A stretch of 64,000 bases of DNA from Octopus vulgaris (Eukaryota), in contig OX597830.1 of the NCBI GenBank assembly GCA_951406725.2, positions 3,286,001 through 3,350,000 on the forward strand. The letters are read 5' to 3'. Numbering within the stretch: the stretch's first letter is position 1; every line of letters begins with the position of its first letter. The notes under the pieces were generated by a model. That model did no database searches. It saw only the letters and a list, made by a program, of their open reading frames with translations, and was not told where the DNA came from. A program made the position numbers and the translations under genes. This document shows, in pieces, positions 1-13,000 of this stretch.

Positions 1-137
1 TTTCAAAAATTCCAAGTTTATCCAGACTGTCAATTAGGCATTTGATCACAAAACCAAGGATAACAATTATTACTGGAAGAAATATAAATTTGTATCATCA
101 TATAAACGTTAAAGGTTTCGAAGTGACTGTCCATAGT

Positions 138-300
138 TATGTATGTATGTATGTATGTATGTATGTATGTATGTACGTATGTATGTACGTATGTATGTAC
201 GTATGTATGTACGTACGTATGTACATACGTATGTATTGATGTACGTATGTATGTACATATATACGTATGCAGGCAGGCATATATCTTTGCATATACACAT
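138..300. repeat. (TATG)n/(TACG)n microsatellite
   Basis: Direct tandem TATG units; source of ORFs 42-363. Confidence 0.95.
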
Positions 301-859
301 GCACAAATACCATTGGTTTGTGGATTTTGTTACATGTTGAATTGTATAAATGTTTGCCTTTGATAGATTCTTATCTGTAATCTTCTACTGAGGCATGTTA
401 CTTCTGCTTTTGTGAATCCCAACTTCTGAAGATTGGTATGAAAGCAGTTAGTCACATTGTCGATTATCACAATAATTATTAGTAGAAATCTAAAATTGTA
501 TTCTCGATGGAATGCTCACAGACTTCTCATCAGTTTACCAAAGTTGTTTTCCTTTTCCACCAATCTTTAAACTTATGTTGACGTCAGCACTGAGAAACTA
601 ATTTCAATTACTGCACATCCTTACTTTTCTTCATCCCGGATCACTATATTTGGACTCCTATTCTAGCATTTTACAGAAGTTTTGATTTGCAGTGGTAATC
701 TTTCAAATTATCTAAGATTATGGCCTCCACATCACCGTAGCCTCTTATGTTTGTCTCCCCAGGATTATGCTTCCAGTAGATTTCATTCTATAATGTTCTA
801 GCCATGATATACTGTCCCCTTTGTCGATAATAACCAGATGAAATTATCTAACAGCTACT

Positions 860-1675
860 TACGAGGTGACATCAAAAAATTCCTGGACTAGTTTTGCTGT
901 GCACCAACAGGTGGCAGCACATGGTTACATGCTCAGTGAGGGCTAACAGTGAAATTTATGAGGCAGCGTACCTTGTGATATTACTGTGTTTACTTCACAA
1001 GTTGTGAAATTTGTGGTGTTGTGATCACATGTAATACTGTAGTCTGTGGTTTTGCCATGGACAGGAACAAAGAACTAACAGGAAATTTTGTGAATTCTGC
1101 TCCAGAGACATTGATCATGCTCTGGCAAGCTTACAGCGACGTGGCAATGGGTCATACATAACGTCCTGAGGGGCACAGGTGCTTCAAAAGTGAAAGGACA
1201 TCACTGGAAGATGAGGAGTGATCTGGAAGACATGCCACGAGCATCACCCCCGGAAATGTTGTATTGTGCATTGAGAATTTGTTCCCCAGGGCCAGATCAT
1301 CAACTGAGAGTTCTAATTGGATCCTTCACAATAATAATGCACCCTGCTATGGAGCTCTCCATAGTGAGTTTCTTACCAAAAACCACTAGGTATCATTTCT
1401 ACCCTATTTGTCAGATGTAGCATCTTCGCCAAGATGAAAATGCAGCGCAAAAGTTGTCATTTTAATGCCTTGTTGAGACCCAGAGTGAATCATAGAAGGT
1501 CCTCAACTCATTAGGGAAGACGACTTCCAGGCTGGATTCCAAAACTGACTGGAACGCAGGTACCAGTGTATTACTGTGCAAGGTGACTATTTTGGTAGAG
1601 ATGATAAAACTTTTGTAAATAAGTTATTTTTTATTAAACAGAACTAATCCTGGAACTTTTTGATACCACCTCATA
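860..1675 (+). mobile_element. Internally deleted mariner DNA transposon
   Basis: TIRs TA-CGAGGTGACATCAAAAAATTCCTGGACTAGTT (860) and reverse complement TA-TGAGGTGGTATCAAAAAGTTCCAGGATTAGTT (1675), TA at both ends. Remnants LPYLSDVA (~PYSPDLAP) and DFQAGFQN*LERRYQCITVQGDYF. Confidence 0.85.
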
Positions 1676-2105
1676 TGATGTGGTGATATCCTCAGTGTTA
1701 ATTTCACAGACGCTACATAGCTGCAGCTGTATCTGTATCCCTTATGTGCATCAATTATTTTGCAGTTACTTCCTGCTCTATATTGCAAAAGTATATCCTT
1801 TTGAGTGATAGCTGATATCCTAGTGTTTTTTGTATGCTCTTGAGAAGGGATGACTAACTTACTTGAACAATTTCTTCGAGACCTCTCACAGGACACACAT
1901 CTATGACATTATGCACATATTATGTGTCAATATGGTTACAGTGTAAGTTATGGCTGTCTTGAAACAGCTTTAGACATAAAATTTTACATAATACTTCTGC
2001 TTTGTTTTCCTTTTCCCTTTATCCTTTAATCTGTATTTTGTGCTCTAGGTAAATGTACATTCAAACCTACCAGTGTTTATGTACCTTCCTACATCTCTCT
2101 TTGTT

Positions 2106-2203
<98 letters not shown>

Positions 2204-2472
2204 AGTAAGGGGCAAATATTCAAGAGTGAATATTTATATAGATATTATTATCATTATCTGCGGTAATATAAATAGTTGATAATAATAACAATAATATAGA
2301 TGGTTGCAGGCCTAAAATAACATTAGATAGCTATAGAATTAAAATTGATATCAATCATAAGGCACACAAGGTGCCTACCTGCTAGAAAGAGGAGTTTAAA
2401 TCCTCATTTAAACCACCAATAGCAACACAACAGAAAATCAACAGCTGTCAGGTGAACAGTTAAAAAAAGTTA

Positions 2473-2504
<32 letters not shown>

Positions 2505-2507
<3 letters not shown>

Positions 2508-2700
2508 GAAATTTACAGAAAAACTAATGATGAAGGCAGGTGTATAAACAACAAGCAAGGTATATTAATTTGACACTTGGGAAGATAAGAAAGTCTTCTA
2601 CATTTCGAGCCTATGCTCTTCAACAGAAAAGAAGACAAGAAAATAAACAGAGAGAGAATAAAAAAAACTTGTGGATTTAGCGGTCAATCAATCTGGTTGG
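2505..2700 (-). mobile_element. Short interspersed repeat with hammerhead-like hairpin (second copy on + at ~42430-42570)
   Basis: Minus strand reads TTTTCTGTTGAA-GAGC-ATAG-GCTC-GAAATGTAGAAGAC; similar CTTTCTGTAGATGTACGTAGCTCAAAACATGAAAGAC at ~42459-42495 with related downstream sequence. Confidence 0.5.
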
Positions 2701-2841
2701 AAAAAGATAGATAGGTACGAGGAAGGGGAGATAATAAAGTACTGGTGATCCCAAAATGAAGGTGCGCATGTGTGTATCTATGTGAGAGTGTGTGCATGTG
2801 GATAAGAGCTGGTGACTTTGATATGTGGATATGTCTGGATG

Positions 2842-2899
<58 letters not shown>

Positions 2900-3404
2900 A
2901 AGTACAATATCCACATCAATAAGATATTGAAAAACTGAGAACTAAAAACCTTCATTAAATTGCACAACTGGACAAAGCTCATTGCCAATTATGTTTTTAA
3001 TTACGTTGTTTTTAAGGTTGTAAACTCACTGAAGGATACTTCTGCTCATGAAAATAGAAACCATCTATTTTGTTTCCTTCAGTATTTAACAGAATCCATG
3101 ACATCACTTCCCGATTGCATCACTTAACGTGTTTAATTCTTTTCTGTTTTGTTGGCTGATGTGCAGTCCACATTTCATGCAAGTTGATGCACCTTCAACA
3201 GTGCATCCTCCTCTTTTTCATTTCCAGCCTTCACAACACATCTTCCTCTACATTCAGTGCACATTCCTCGTTACACAATGACATTTTATTATAACACGCT
3301 TCATACAATTTACTCCTTGCACGAACATAGAAACATATTTGTTGACAACGGATTTGTTAACTCTCTGAAGCTCTTCCCCACTCCCGTCACCACATACTAT
3401 CTCA

Positions 3405-3435
<31 letters not shown>

Positions 3436-3867
3436 CCTCTCTCTTTCTTACTCTATTATCCCCACTACAAAGGTTGTTTCCTTATTAATGTATTCGAATC
3501 AAAGGTGGGGAACGTTTTTTTTTTAATACTATGGTCAAACTTCTGGTGCAGATGCACCTGTGAAAGAGAAGCTGTGCTGTGAAGGATAATGGACATTTTA
3601 TTCAATTACTGACTACAGTCATTGGACTGTGGCCATACTGGAGCACTTCCATCGGGGACTTTTATATTAAACTATAATCAACTCAATTTTTAGATTTGCT
3701 GTGTATTTTATAGATCTCTATTTATCACATAGTTATGTTTCTTAGCAACATAAGTACCATGCTGATTTACACACACACACACACACACATGCATATACAC
3801 ATACACACGTATACATGTATATATGCATCATACCAGCATGGAAGGCAGACATTAGACAATGATGATG

Positions 3868-3912
<45 letters not shown>

Positions 3913-3959
3913 TATATATATGTATGTGTGTATGTATATATATATTATGTGTGTGTATG

Positions 3960-4013
<54 letters not shown>

Positions 4014-4449
4014 CACATATAAAGACACATGTATATAAACAAGAAATAACAGCTAAAGTTCCTTCAAATTACACCCTACTATCTTAAAAATGAAGGACAT
4101 ATTGGACAGTGTAGTCACTGTTATGAAAAAGCAAATGGATATTGGGATTGTCGTGAGTCAAAGAACTTGATTCCTATGTCTGTCCAATGAGGCTGACTCG
4201 GGGCTAAACAACAGCAATCACCTTTTCCTTGTGATCCATTGTGTTCCTTTGGTTGGTCAGCCTTTCCTTCTGCTATCACATACCGTTTAAGGTAATTCGT
4301 GCAACCAGTGACCTATCTGGAAGACACCTTTCTACATTATTAAAGTTGCAGTTGTTTGACTTTTAAATTTATTCATCACTAGAAGGCAGACTTTAACAAT
4401 AAGTCATCGGTCAATTTTGATTACATTTTCATCACTACTACTTATGTTT

Positions 4450-4800
4450 ATCATCATCATTGCTTAACGTCTGCTTTCCATGCTGGCATGGGTTGGATAG
4501 TTTGACAGAGAACTGGTAAGCTGGTGGGCTGCACCAGGCTCCAATCTGATTTGGCAAGGTTTCTACAGCTGGATGCCCCTTCGTCATGCCAACCACTTCA
4601 AGAATGTAGTGAGTACTTTTTATGTGCCGCCAGCACTAGTGCCAGTAAGGTATCACTGGCATCGGCCACGCTCAAATGGTGTTTTTTTTACATTCTACAG
4701 GCATTGCAGCCATTCAGGTGGCACTGGCATCAGCCATGCTCAAATGGTGCTTTTTACGTGCCACCAGCATGGGTGCCAGTGACGCAGTACTGGTGTTGGA
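4450..4800 (-). mobile_element. RTE-LINE 3' UTR-derived repeat with (GAT)n tail
   Basis: Matches the 3' end of the RTE at 61600-61925. Other copies at ~14430-14720(-), 15255-15790(-), 25010-25203(+), 39400-39540(+), 48510-48700(+), 58960-59195(+). Confidence 0.8.
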
Positions 4801-6777
4801 TAATGGTTTGAAATTAGATCATGCACTTTATTAAGATGGTTACTCTGAAGTACACAAAGCAATGATGCTTCAAAATATAGATGGGTGCAATTATATGAAA
4901 TATGTTAGTGTGCAGCTGAAAGTAGAATGACCATCACTGCAGATTCTGTCTCAGGAGAGAAATTCTTCTCATAGACTATATGTTCATAAACTAGCACAGG
5001 GCTATGAATGAGGACATTGGACCCAACTATGGTCTTTGAATTCATTGTTCATCGCTCACTAAGACTTGTTTATGTTCTGGTGTATACAGGTGTTTTAAAT
5101 ATAACTGTATGCTGTTATATTGTAATTATCACTCTCATGTGTAGCTTTAATTAATAAATTCCAGCTTGATAAGGCTTTGCACTCATCAGTAATTGTTTTT
5201 TTTTTGCTGTTTAGATACAAGAGCATCAGTTCCTAGAAGGTTACAAAAGATGGATTTGGTGTTGATGAATTGCAACAGTACAGCATCACAGAACCTGCAG
5301 TTTGCTGACATTATTTATTGTTCAGATTGCAACATTATCGTTAGTCACATGTTATCAATGAAGAGAATTCCTCTCCCAAGACAAAATCCAAATGTATTGA
5401 ACATTCTTTCCTACTCTAGGCACAAGGCTCGAAATTTTGGGGGAAGGGGCCAGTCGATTAGATCGACCGCAGTATGCAACTGGTACTTAATTTATCGACC
5501 CCGAAATGATGAAAGGCAAAATTGACCTCAGTGGAATTTAAACTTAGAATGTAAAGACACAAAAAATGTATTAAATATTATTGTATCCATCTCTATCAAG
5601 ATGGCATTTTACAACCAATGTAAAATGAAATAGAAAGACCTTTGAGCATTAGTAGTGACTTAATTTTACATTGGGTATAATTAAAACATGGTAGCTAGAA
5701 AACAATCTCAACAAATTTGGATGTGGTAACCAGTGTTTCTGTAGGTCTTTGTAAAACAAAAAAAATAAAAAAGCAAACATAATGAAAAACATTGCTGAAA
5801 TATTCCCCAAATCCTTTTTGTCACAGAACATCTTGGCAGTATTAATACCATTTATTGTAATAATGCGATTCTAAGAGATAGATTCCCAAATTGTTCAGTA
5901 ACAAAAGCAACAAGCTCCTCAACTTGAAAGAAAGGTGGAAAATTAGGGAATTAACAAACCAGAGACTTGAGAAAAGCAGCAAAATTAAATATTTATAATT
6001 TTATAAATTAATAGCTATGCACTAACAGGTATGCATGTAATCATTATAAGAAAAACTAATTAAAATGTAATAAGACATTAATTAACTAAACTGTTTTAAT
6101 GATTTAGATACCAAAACTAAAGCAAATGGCATGGAGTATAATGTTTTAAAGTTAATGATAAAAATATTTGTTGCATCTTAGTTGCATCTCCGTAACTTTG
6201 AAAAGTGCAAAGATGTGAGATGTGATTGACAATACAGCAGGTATGGACAAGTTCCATATGTCCAAAACGCAAAAGATTCTTGGTTAAAGTTAATGTTGAC
6301 AATCATTGTGGAGAAATTGGTTGGAGAAAAACAGGAACACACTTTAAAAGGCCATTCCTCAAAAGCTGATATTTTTTCAGATTTACTTCATTGTTTCATC
6401 ATTGTCTTTTGTTTTAACATCCACCATTCCACATTTAGATGGATCAGACACATTGCACTGAGGCAGATTTTCTATGGTCAGGTGCCCACCCTGAAATCAA
6501 TCCTCACTTGACATTCATTTACAGTCATACGGCAATGCTGAGACAAGAACACACACACTCACGCATGCATGCACACACACACACGCACACATACATGCAC
6601 ACACATGTGCACCCATTAACACACACTCATATCTCAATTTGTCATTGTTTTTTAAAAAAACTCTACAAATCTCTCAATCTTCCTCAAAAAAACTAATCAA
6701 AAAGAAGAAACTCCTTCTCTCGTTGCTGTTACACCCACACCTGCTCAAACCAAAATTCCAGTTTCTTTACCAAATCT

Positions 6778-6894
6778 AAACGCTGTTACTTTTGTGCTGA
6801 TTTATTGCACAAAAGCAGATATTGTTCTGCTTGTCACGCTGATTGTTATACCTGTAGCGAGTAAGGTCATTTATCCAAGGTATGCATGTCCAAA
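6778..6894 (+). pseudogene. Ty3/gypsy gag zinc-knuckle remnant
   Basis: Translates KRCYFCADLLHKSRYCSACHADCYTCSE*GHLSKVCMSK: tandem CCHC knuckles with one stop. Confidence 0.7.
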
Positions 6895-8459
6895 TTCAAC
6901 AATAAAAATTGTGATGAAAGATAAACAAACCCGTAATTTTCTTGACTGACACATTGTGTGCGTAATGCTGTGGTGCCCTTCGTGTTTATCTTTTTGCCAA
7001 GGAGAAAGAGATGATTGTCTACACTCATTGACTTGGTTCTTGCAATTTCAGTTCAGGTGCAGTAAACAATGCTTCTATTATTCCACAGACATCTATGCGT
7101 GACTTCTGTAGAATACAATCCAAGTTAAATACAAAATTGTTGGTGGATACACTATTGATTAAAACTGAAAGATAAGAATTTCTTTTCTAATCATCTTAGT
7201 ATTCTTAAAAACTAATGAAATCTTGGTCAAGATTTTCAAATGAAACATGACTGTCATTATCAAATCCAGTGGGATCCATGGACACTCCAAATTTTCTGCT
7301 AAACTCCAAGACTATTGTCAGGGAATCAAGTCATTTCAATAAATTTAACAAAGAATTTTATTAGTAGAATCGTTTTTGGCTACTGTTTTGAATGGCCCCA
7401 TTAACGGAAAGCTCTGCCTATTTTGTTATGTTCTATTTCGTGTTACAAATGGTATTTCCTGTTTCCTGGAGATGATTGATAAGGGAAGAAAACTTGAAAG
7501 CAATCTTCCTCTGATTATGGAACACATGGAATTAACAAAAGTGAGTATAAGATGATTATGCAAAACTTCCTAAGCACCTGTAAATACCAAACCATAACCT
7601 TGAATGATTTCTAAATTTATAATTCCAGAGAATTCTTTTGAAATATTTGGTTATTTTATTTGGAATGGTTTTTATTGAGTATGACTTGGAAAGATTACAT
7701 TCTTTTGTAAATGGTGATGCCTCCATCAAATTTTAAGTCACTTCAATATAATTCTTAGTATTAATATTTTTCTAGAATATTCTGTAAAAAGGATCCATAA
7801 ATTCTGAAATAAAACCAGACTATTCTGCAGTGGCAAGTTAAAGAGTGTTTCATGGATTCAATAATTTGCAAAGGGACCTTTAGAATATCACCTTAGTAGC
7901 CACAAATGACACTCAACCTTTTATTATTGAAAAAAAAAGCATGATAAAGGAATTGGCCAAAAGTTGGTGAGAGGCTGAAATTCTTGCTTATACCATTTTA
8001 ATATAATTCCAGATATATTGACAGGTAACTCCAGTATATTTATTTTACTAACCTATATTAAAAAGGTTGTATCCTCCAGGAATAGCAAGGCTGCTTCATT
8101 TTGTGCAAGTACTCAATATATGCTGCATCTGTTATCATAGTTTTAGCTGCTCTAAAGTACCAGCTGCAATAGCACCATACATTCTGTTTGGTAGATCTAC
8201 CCTTTTCTACTGAAGCTGTTCTTCTTAGCATCTGTGAATCCAACTTAAACATCAGTTGTTTATTTTTACTAAAGCTGTTCAACTTATGGAGTATGTTGGT
8301 GGTGACTTTAAATAGTGTTATTGGTATCATCATTAACTAAGAAGAATTAATGGAATTTGATGCAATCTCCTTACAGCATCTTGTCCAAATTCTGAAAAAT
8401 GAGTTTGATAATGGCATAACTGCAGAAACCAGTTGCATGCTATGAAGTCATATTAATAC

Positions 8460-10582
8460 CACTGGATTACAAAAAAATATTTTTTTCTCTGAGGCAAGGA
8501 TGTGAATAGGTGCTTTTTATCAATTCTGATATGGCGAATTCTATTTTCTGAGCAGTTTTGCTCTATCACTTCTAGAATTTTTGTTTTCACATATCACATT
8601 TTAATTATACTGCATATAAATTCTAAATATCTGTTACAAAGGTATATTTCAGAAGTAAAAAAAAAACAGCAATAGATACAGAACATTGATGGAACTAAAT
8701 TACTTGGATAATACAATACATATAAATCCTAGTACAGCAAACAGTCAGAAGTGAGTTTTTTGGGCGATCTTGCGTACTTTACCTCTGGGATGTCATGCAA
8801 GAGCATCCAAAAGTCCCCCATCATGCTGGGGTTCCACTTGCCTCGGTAGTTGCTCTCCATCTTAGTAATATCTTGGTGGAACCTTTCTCCATGCTCATCA
8901 CTCACTTCTCTGAGCTTCCGAGGGAAGAAGTTGAAACAGATGTAGAGAAAGTAAATTTTGAATGACATGAAGCATGCCACATCCTCATAAGACTGTAACA
9001 ACTTCTCCGTACACTCTTGGTAATCTAGTGCCCGTGTGTTGCCATGACTTAAATTCTTCCTATGCTTCCTTTAAGGTAAAAATCGCCTCAATGTCCTTAT
9101 CCTTCAGCACCTCTTGGATCTGAAGTCCAACAAAGGTGCCTCCTTGAGCTTAGCAGAACTTAGAGCTGGGAACAGAGTGCACAAGTGTTGGAAGGCAATG
9201 CCATTTTTGTTCATTGCCTTCATGAAATTCTTCATTAAGCCAAGCTTGATATGAAAAGGAGGCAAAAGCACTTTGTTGATGTTCACCAGAGGATTTTCTT
9301 GGACACCAGGCACGAAAGTGCTCCTACATCCCCAGTCCTTCCGCTTCTAGTGCTTAGACACAGACCGACTGTCCCAGAGATGGAGAAAGCAACAGTATTT
9401 TGTGATGCTCACTTGCGTACCCATAAGGAACCCAATGACCTTGAGGTCTCTGCAGAGACTCCACTGGTACTGGTTGTACTCAACAGCTTTTCAAAAGGAG
9501 CTCCATATTGTCATACGACTCCTTCAGATGGACTGAGTAGGCAATGAGAATGCTGAAGTATTTATTCCCATTGTGCAGGAGTACAGCCTTCAGATTTCGC
9601 TTGGAAGAGTCTATGAAAAGATGCAAGTCTGAGGAATTGTGTGGAAAACCAAGGAAGGTGAGCAAACCAGAGACATTTGTGCTGTAGCACAACCTGTTTT
9701 CCATTTTGAAGAATGAAGCAAAGTCCTAAAACTGGTGATCCTTACATCTCCGTTGACTAGGTTCCACTGCTTAAGCCAGGATGCCAGGAGCTCTGACAGC
9801 TGCTTGAATAGATACAAATCACGGGCAAGGTTATTCAGATCTTCCTGCATGATCCAGTGGGGCTCATTGCCACTTGCCCCAGAATAAACAGAGACATTGT
9901 CTTCAGTAGAGGTCAACTTGGCAGAATCTTCCCCTAAAGGCATTTCTTCATTTGGTGAAGGAAGAAGATCCTTATTTGCTGGGGATGTAGGGACAGGGAA
10001 ATCATCTGAGTGGGGAACAGGTCTCCTAGCCGAGGGAAGGTTGGGGTATTTGATCTTTTTTTCTAGAAGAAGCATTGAAACCTGTTATATTTCTTAGACA
10101 AAAATCATCTGCATGGCTTCATGGCTCTCTCCAGACCATTGGGACAGCGAAGTTGAAGGCTGCTTTCTTGCCATTAAACCATGCAGTTAGTCCATTGTAG
10201 CAGAATTTACAACAGATGTGTGGGGCCCAGGATTTGTGCTGGACTCCAATTTTACAATCAAAATGATGAAAGTAAGCAGTTCTCAGGAGGGAAGTAATTG
10301 TTTGGCGCTGTGCAACTGTCATGAAATCTCCATGCACGTAGCAGAATGAATTTGCCTTGCTGAGGCATCCTCGGTGTTTTGAAGTGCCTGAAGCCATTTT
10401 AGAGATATGTATCATATACATCACAAAAATAGGGAAAACAAAATAAGAATTGATCATATACATCGTTATGCGAATTGTTGCAAAATCATAATAATGTATA
10501 TCTCAAAAACTAGCAGTGATGAGTGAAAACTGGTTTTGTATCTGAAATCAGCACCCCAAAATTAGGCTAGAACAACTATTTT
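8460..10582 (-). mobile_element. Decayed DNA transposon, probable Chapaev3 (CMC) type; frameshifted transposase ~10397 to ~8729
   Basis: Collinear minus-strand ORF pieces: MASGTSKHRGC..FCYVHG..SWAPHICCKFC..PMVWREP; YPNLPSARRPVPH; LFIDSSKRNLKAVLLHNGN; PPFHIKLGLMKNFMKAM; SDEHGERFHQDI. Left end CACTGG at 8460; related subterminal inverted sequence at 8530-8580 and 10500-10570. Family name from memory. Confidence 0.75.
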
Positions 10583-10839
10583 TATTCTGTTGTGTCTGGG
10601 GAGAGTCATTTTCTTTTTGTGCCTTATAATATAACACACTCACTGGTAAAATTTCCACTTTTTTCTTATTCTTATTTTCCTAAAGGTCTTGCAACCTTTT
10701 CAATACTTTTGAAAAGGCTGGAAGACACAACGAAAATTTTAGGAAAATAAAAATAAGAAAAAAGTGGAAATTTTACCGGTGAGTGTGTTATATTATAAGG
10801 CACAAAAAGAAAATGACTCTCCCCAGACACAAAAGAATA
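10583..10839. repeat. Long inverted repeat (fold-back)
   Basis: 10583-10684 pairs with 10738-10839; inner 10686-10703 pairs with 10709-10726. Confidence 0.95.
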
Positions 10840-12599
10840 TGCTTCAACGCACAAACTCATATAAAGAATCTTGCAAACCAAATCCAAAAACTATTTTTAT
10901 GTTTGCCTCAATTTCTTCACAAACCAGTGTAATTGATGGCTGTTATTTGGGTCCATGCATTGACTTTGAAACAAAAAAATCTTCTCATATCGTAAAGTTT
11001 ACCATTATCCCCACCTACAAATAATCAAACTGTGTTGTATTTACTATGTGTCTTCTCTTATCTCTGGCTATTGAATAAATTATGTATGAAGGTGTTTCTT
11101 TATCATTAGCCATGTCATTTATACAGTAACATACTATACTGTATCACGTGTTAAAAAAAATATTCTCAAACATTCTGACGTTTTCTGGAGTTAAACTTCA
11201 CAACACCTTTAGCAAACTTACTTTCAAAATATGCTTTCACTTTCCTTTGAAATTAGTTCACACCCAATCTATAACTAGCTTGTGTTACAACAGTATTTTT
11301 ATTGATATGTCTTTTGAAAATCGACTGCTGTTAGCATAAACATTAGTTTTGAAATTCTAGCTTCTATAAATGCCGACTTTCAGTTTTCCATATTCCTTAT
11401 ACTAGGTCAAAACGTAACATTAAAGAATATATATTTTTATATAAATTACAACCAAAAATATATTTCCAAATAAAACTCACAGACATTTTTTATTTCTATG
11501 AAAAATCATAATCAACTATTTTTTATTGAAGAAAGATCTTTCGTTGGTAAATCGTTTTTCTTTTATTAGAACAAGTTATAATTTTATGCACTTTAAATTA
11601 TTGATCCAAAATCTTTAATAAAATAATTTAAAAGAGCCATTTAATATTAATTAGCTATAATAAGGGTGTGATTATTGCATCATCATTTTATATCCATTTA
11701 GACAAATGGTGACTGTCACATGACAATCATTAGAGTAACCAAAAATCGGGGGTTCAAAGCAATTTGTATTAAATTAGTTCTTTTTTTCTGAAATATTCTC
11801 AGAGGTTTATGTCTTATTCTGTTTTTTATAGTCAATATTGATTTTATATTTACATAATTTTATCAGTGAAATACTTCAAATTTCAACTTCCTCAAGATTT
11901 TACCCATGGTCAAAGTGATAGAAATTATTCATTAGTTCCAGTCAACCATTTTAAGAGTCCATGTTTTTTTTTATTTCATTGGTATCCTTCTTGTACTATT
12001 TTGGTACATTGGGTGTATTTTTTTAAGTTGTCAGTTTGCAGTGAATCTTGGGTACTCAGTCCTGAGTTGCTATAGCAACTTCACAAGGACTCTCCAAATA
12101 ATGCCATTTTCATCCTCACCTTCACTAATAAAGTTCCAAGTACTTACCACCACCTCAGCCCCATAAATTCAGAAGTTCTTTCATAACTACTGAAAGGAGC
12201 TTCTGTTAGGGAACTGATGAGATTTGGTCAAGGGAAAGCTGGAATTTTTGCTGGAATCGGTGTTGTCCAGAGACAAATGAAACCTACAAACACAGTTAGT
12301 TTGAAATTTTAACTCTGGATCATACACTTCTCTACTCTGATGAGAAGATGAAGATATTCTTCAGTAAATGTAAAGCTGAGCAAAATCTTGTCAGTGAAAT
12401 TTTGTTGACAAATGTTGTGTGAAAGCTTTATATATATATGTTTATGTATGCATGCAATGTATGTACTAATTATACATGTATGCTCATGTATGTGTTTGTG
12501 TTTACCAAAGTAAATATCTTCCAGTGCTGAAATCTTTGAAAGGGAGGTAACTTAAGTGATTTAACTCGGGGGTGGGGGTAAACAGCCATTTCATTAGTA

Positions 12600-13000
12600 C
12601 TCTCACAATGGAATATTGCTTCTCCATCTATACCAGTGCTGCTGCTATGCACACTGATATCTAGGACCGCATCCAGAGAAAGGTCACTTGACTGATCAGC
12701 ATTCCATCCCCAACAGACACACACAAAGTTTGTTGTTTCTTCTCAAATGGGTTCTCTTCCTCTGAGCTGGCTGATCTCGTACCTTTACCCCTAAGGTAGC
12801 CCTCACTCACTGATCTTGCTCCATCTTGCCACCCTTGTTGCATCCAACATCCTCAGCCTCTCACTAACCAATATCCTTAGTCCTTCCTCTTCTGGAATTT
12901 CCCCCTTCCTCATGTGTTCCATGCAGGTATCAACCTACAACAGTTTAAAAAGAATATTAATGGTATTAAGGTTTCTAGTTCCAGAGGCCTGCCAAGGTCC
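12600..13000 (+). mobile_element. Old LINE RT C-terminal/3' fragment
   Basis: Remnant motifs MEYC.SI and DRIQRKV with frameshifts. Confidence 0.5.

Noticed and set aside
42-363. YIYI/MYVC/HTHT ORFs throughout the track
   Set aside because: Microsatellite artefacts.
8058-8333. 91-aa non-repetitive ORF and neighbouring 6900-8050 region
   Set aside because: No recognisable motifs or splice structure; probably decayed TE sequence that I cannot assign.
12215-12240. CTGATGA core match
   Set aside because: No correctly placed stem II/GAAA or stem III.
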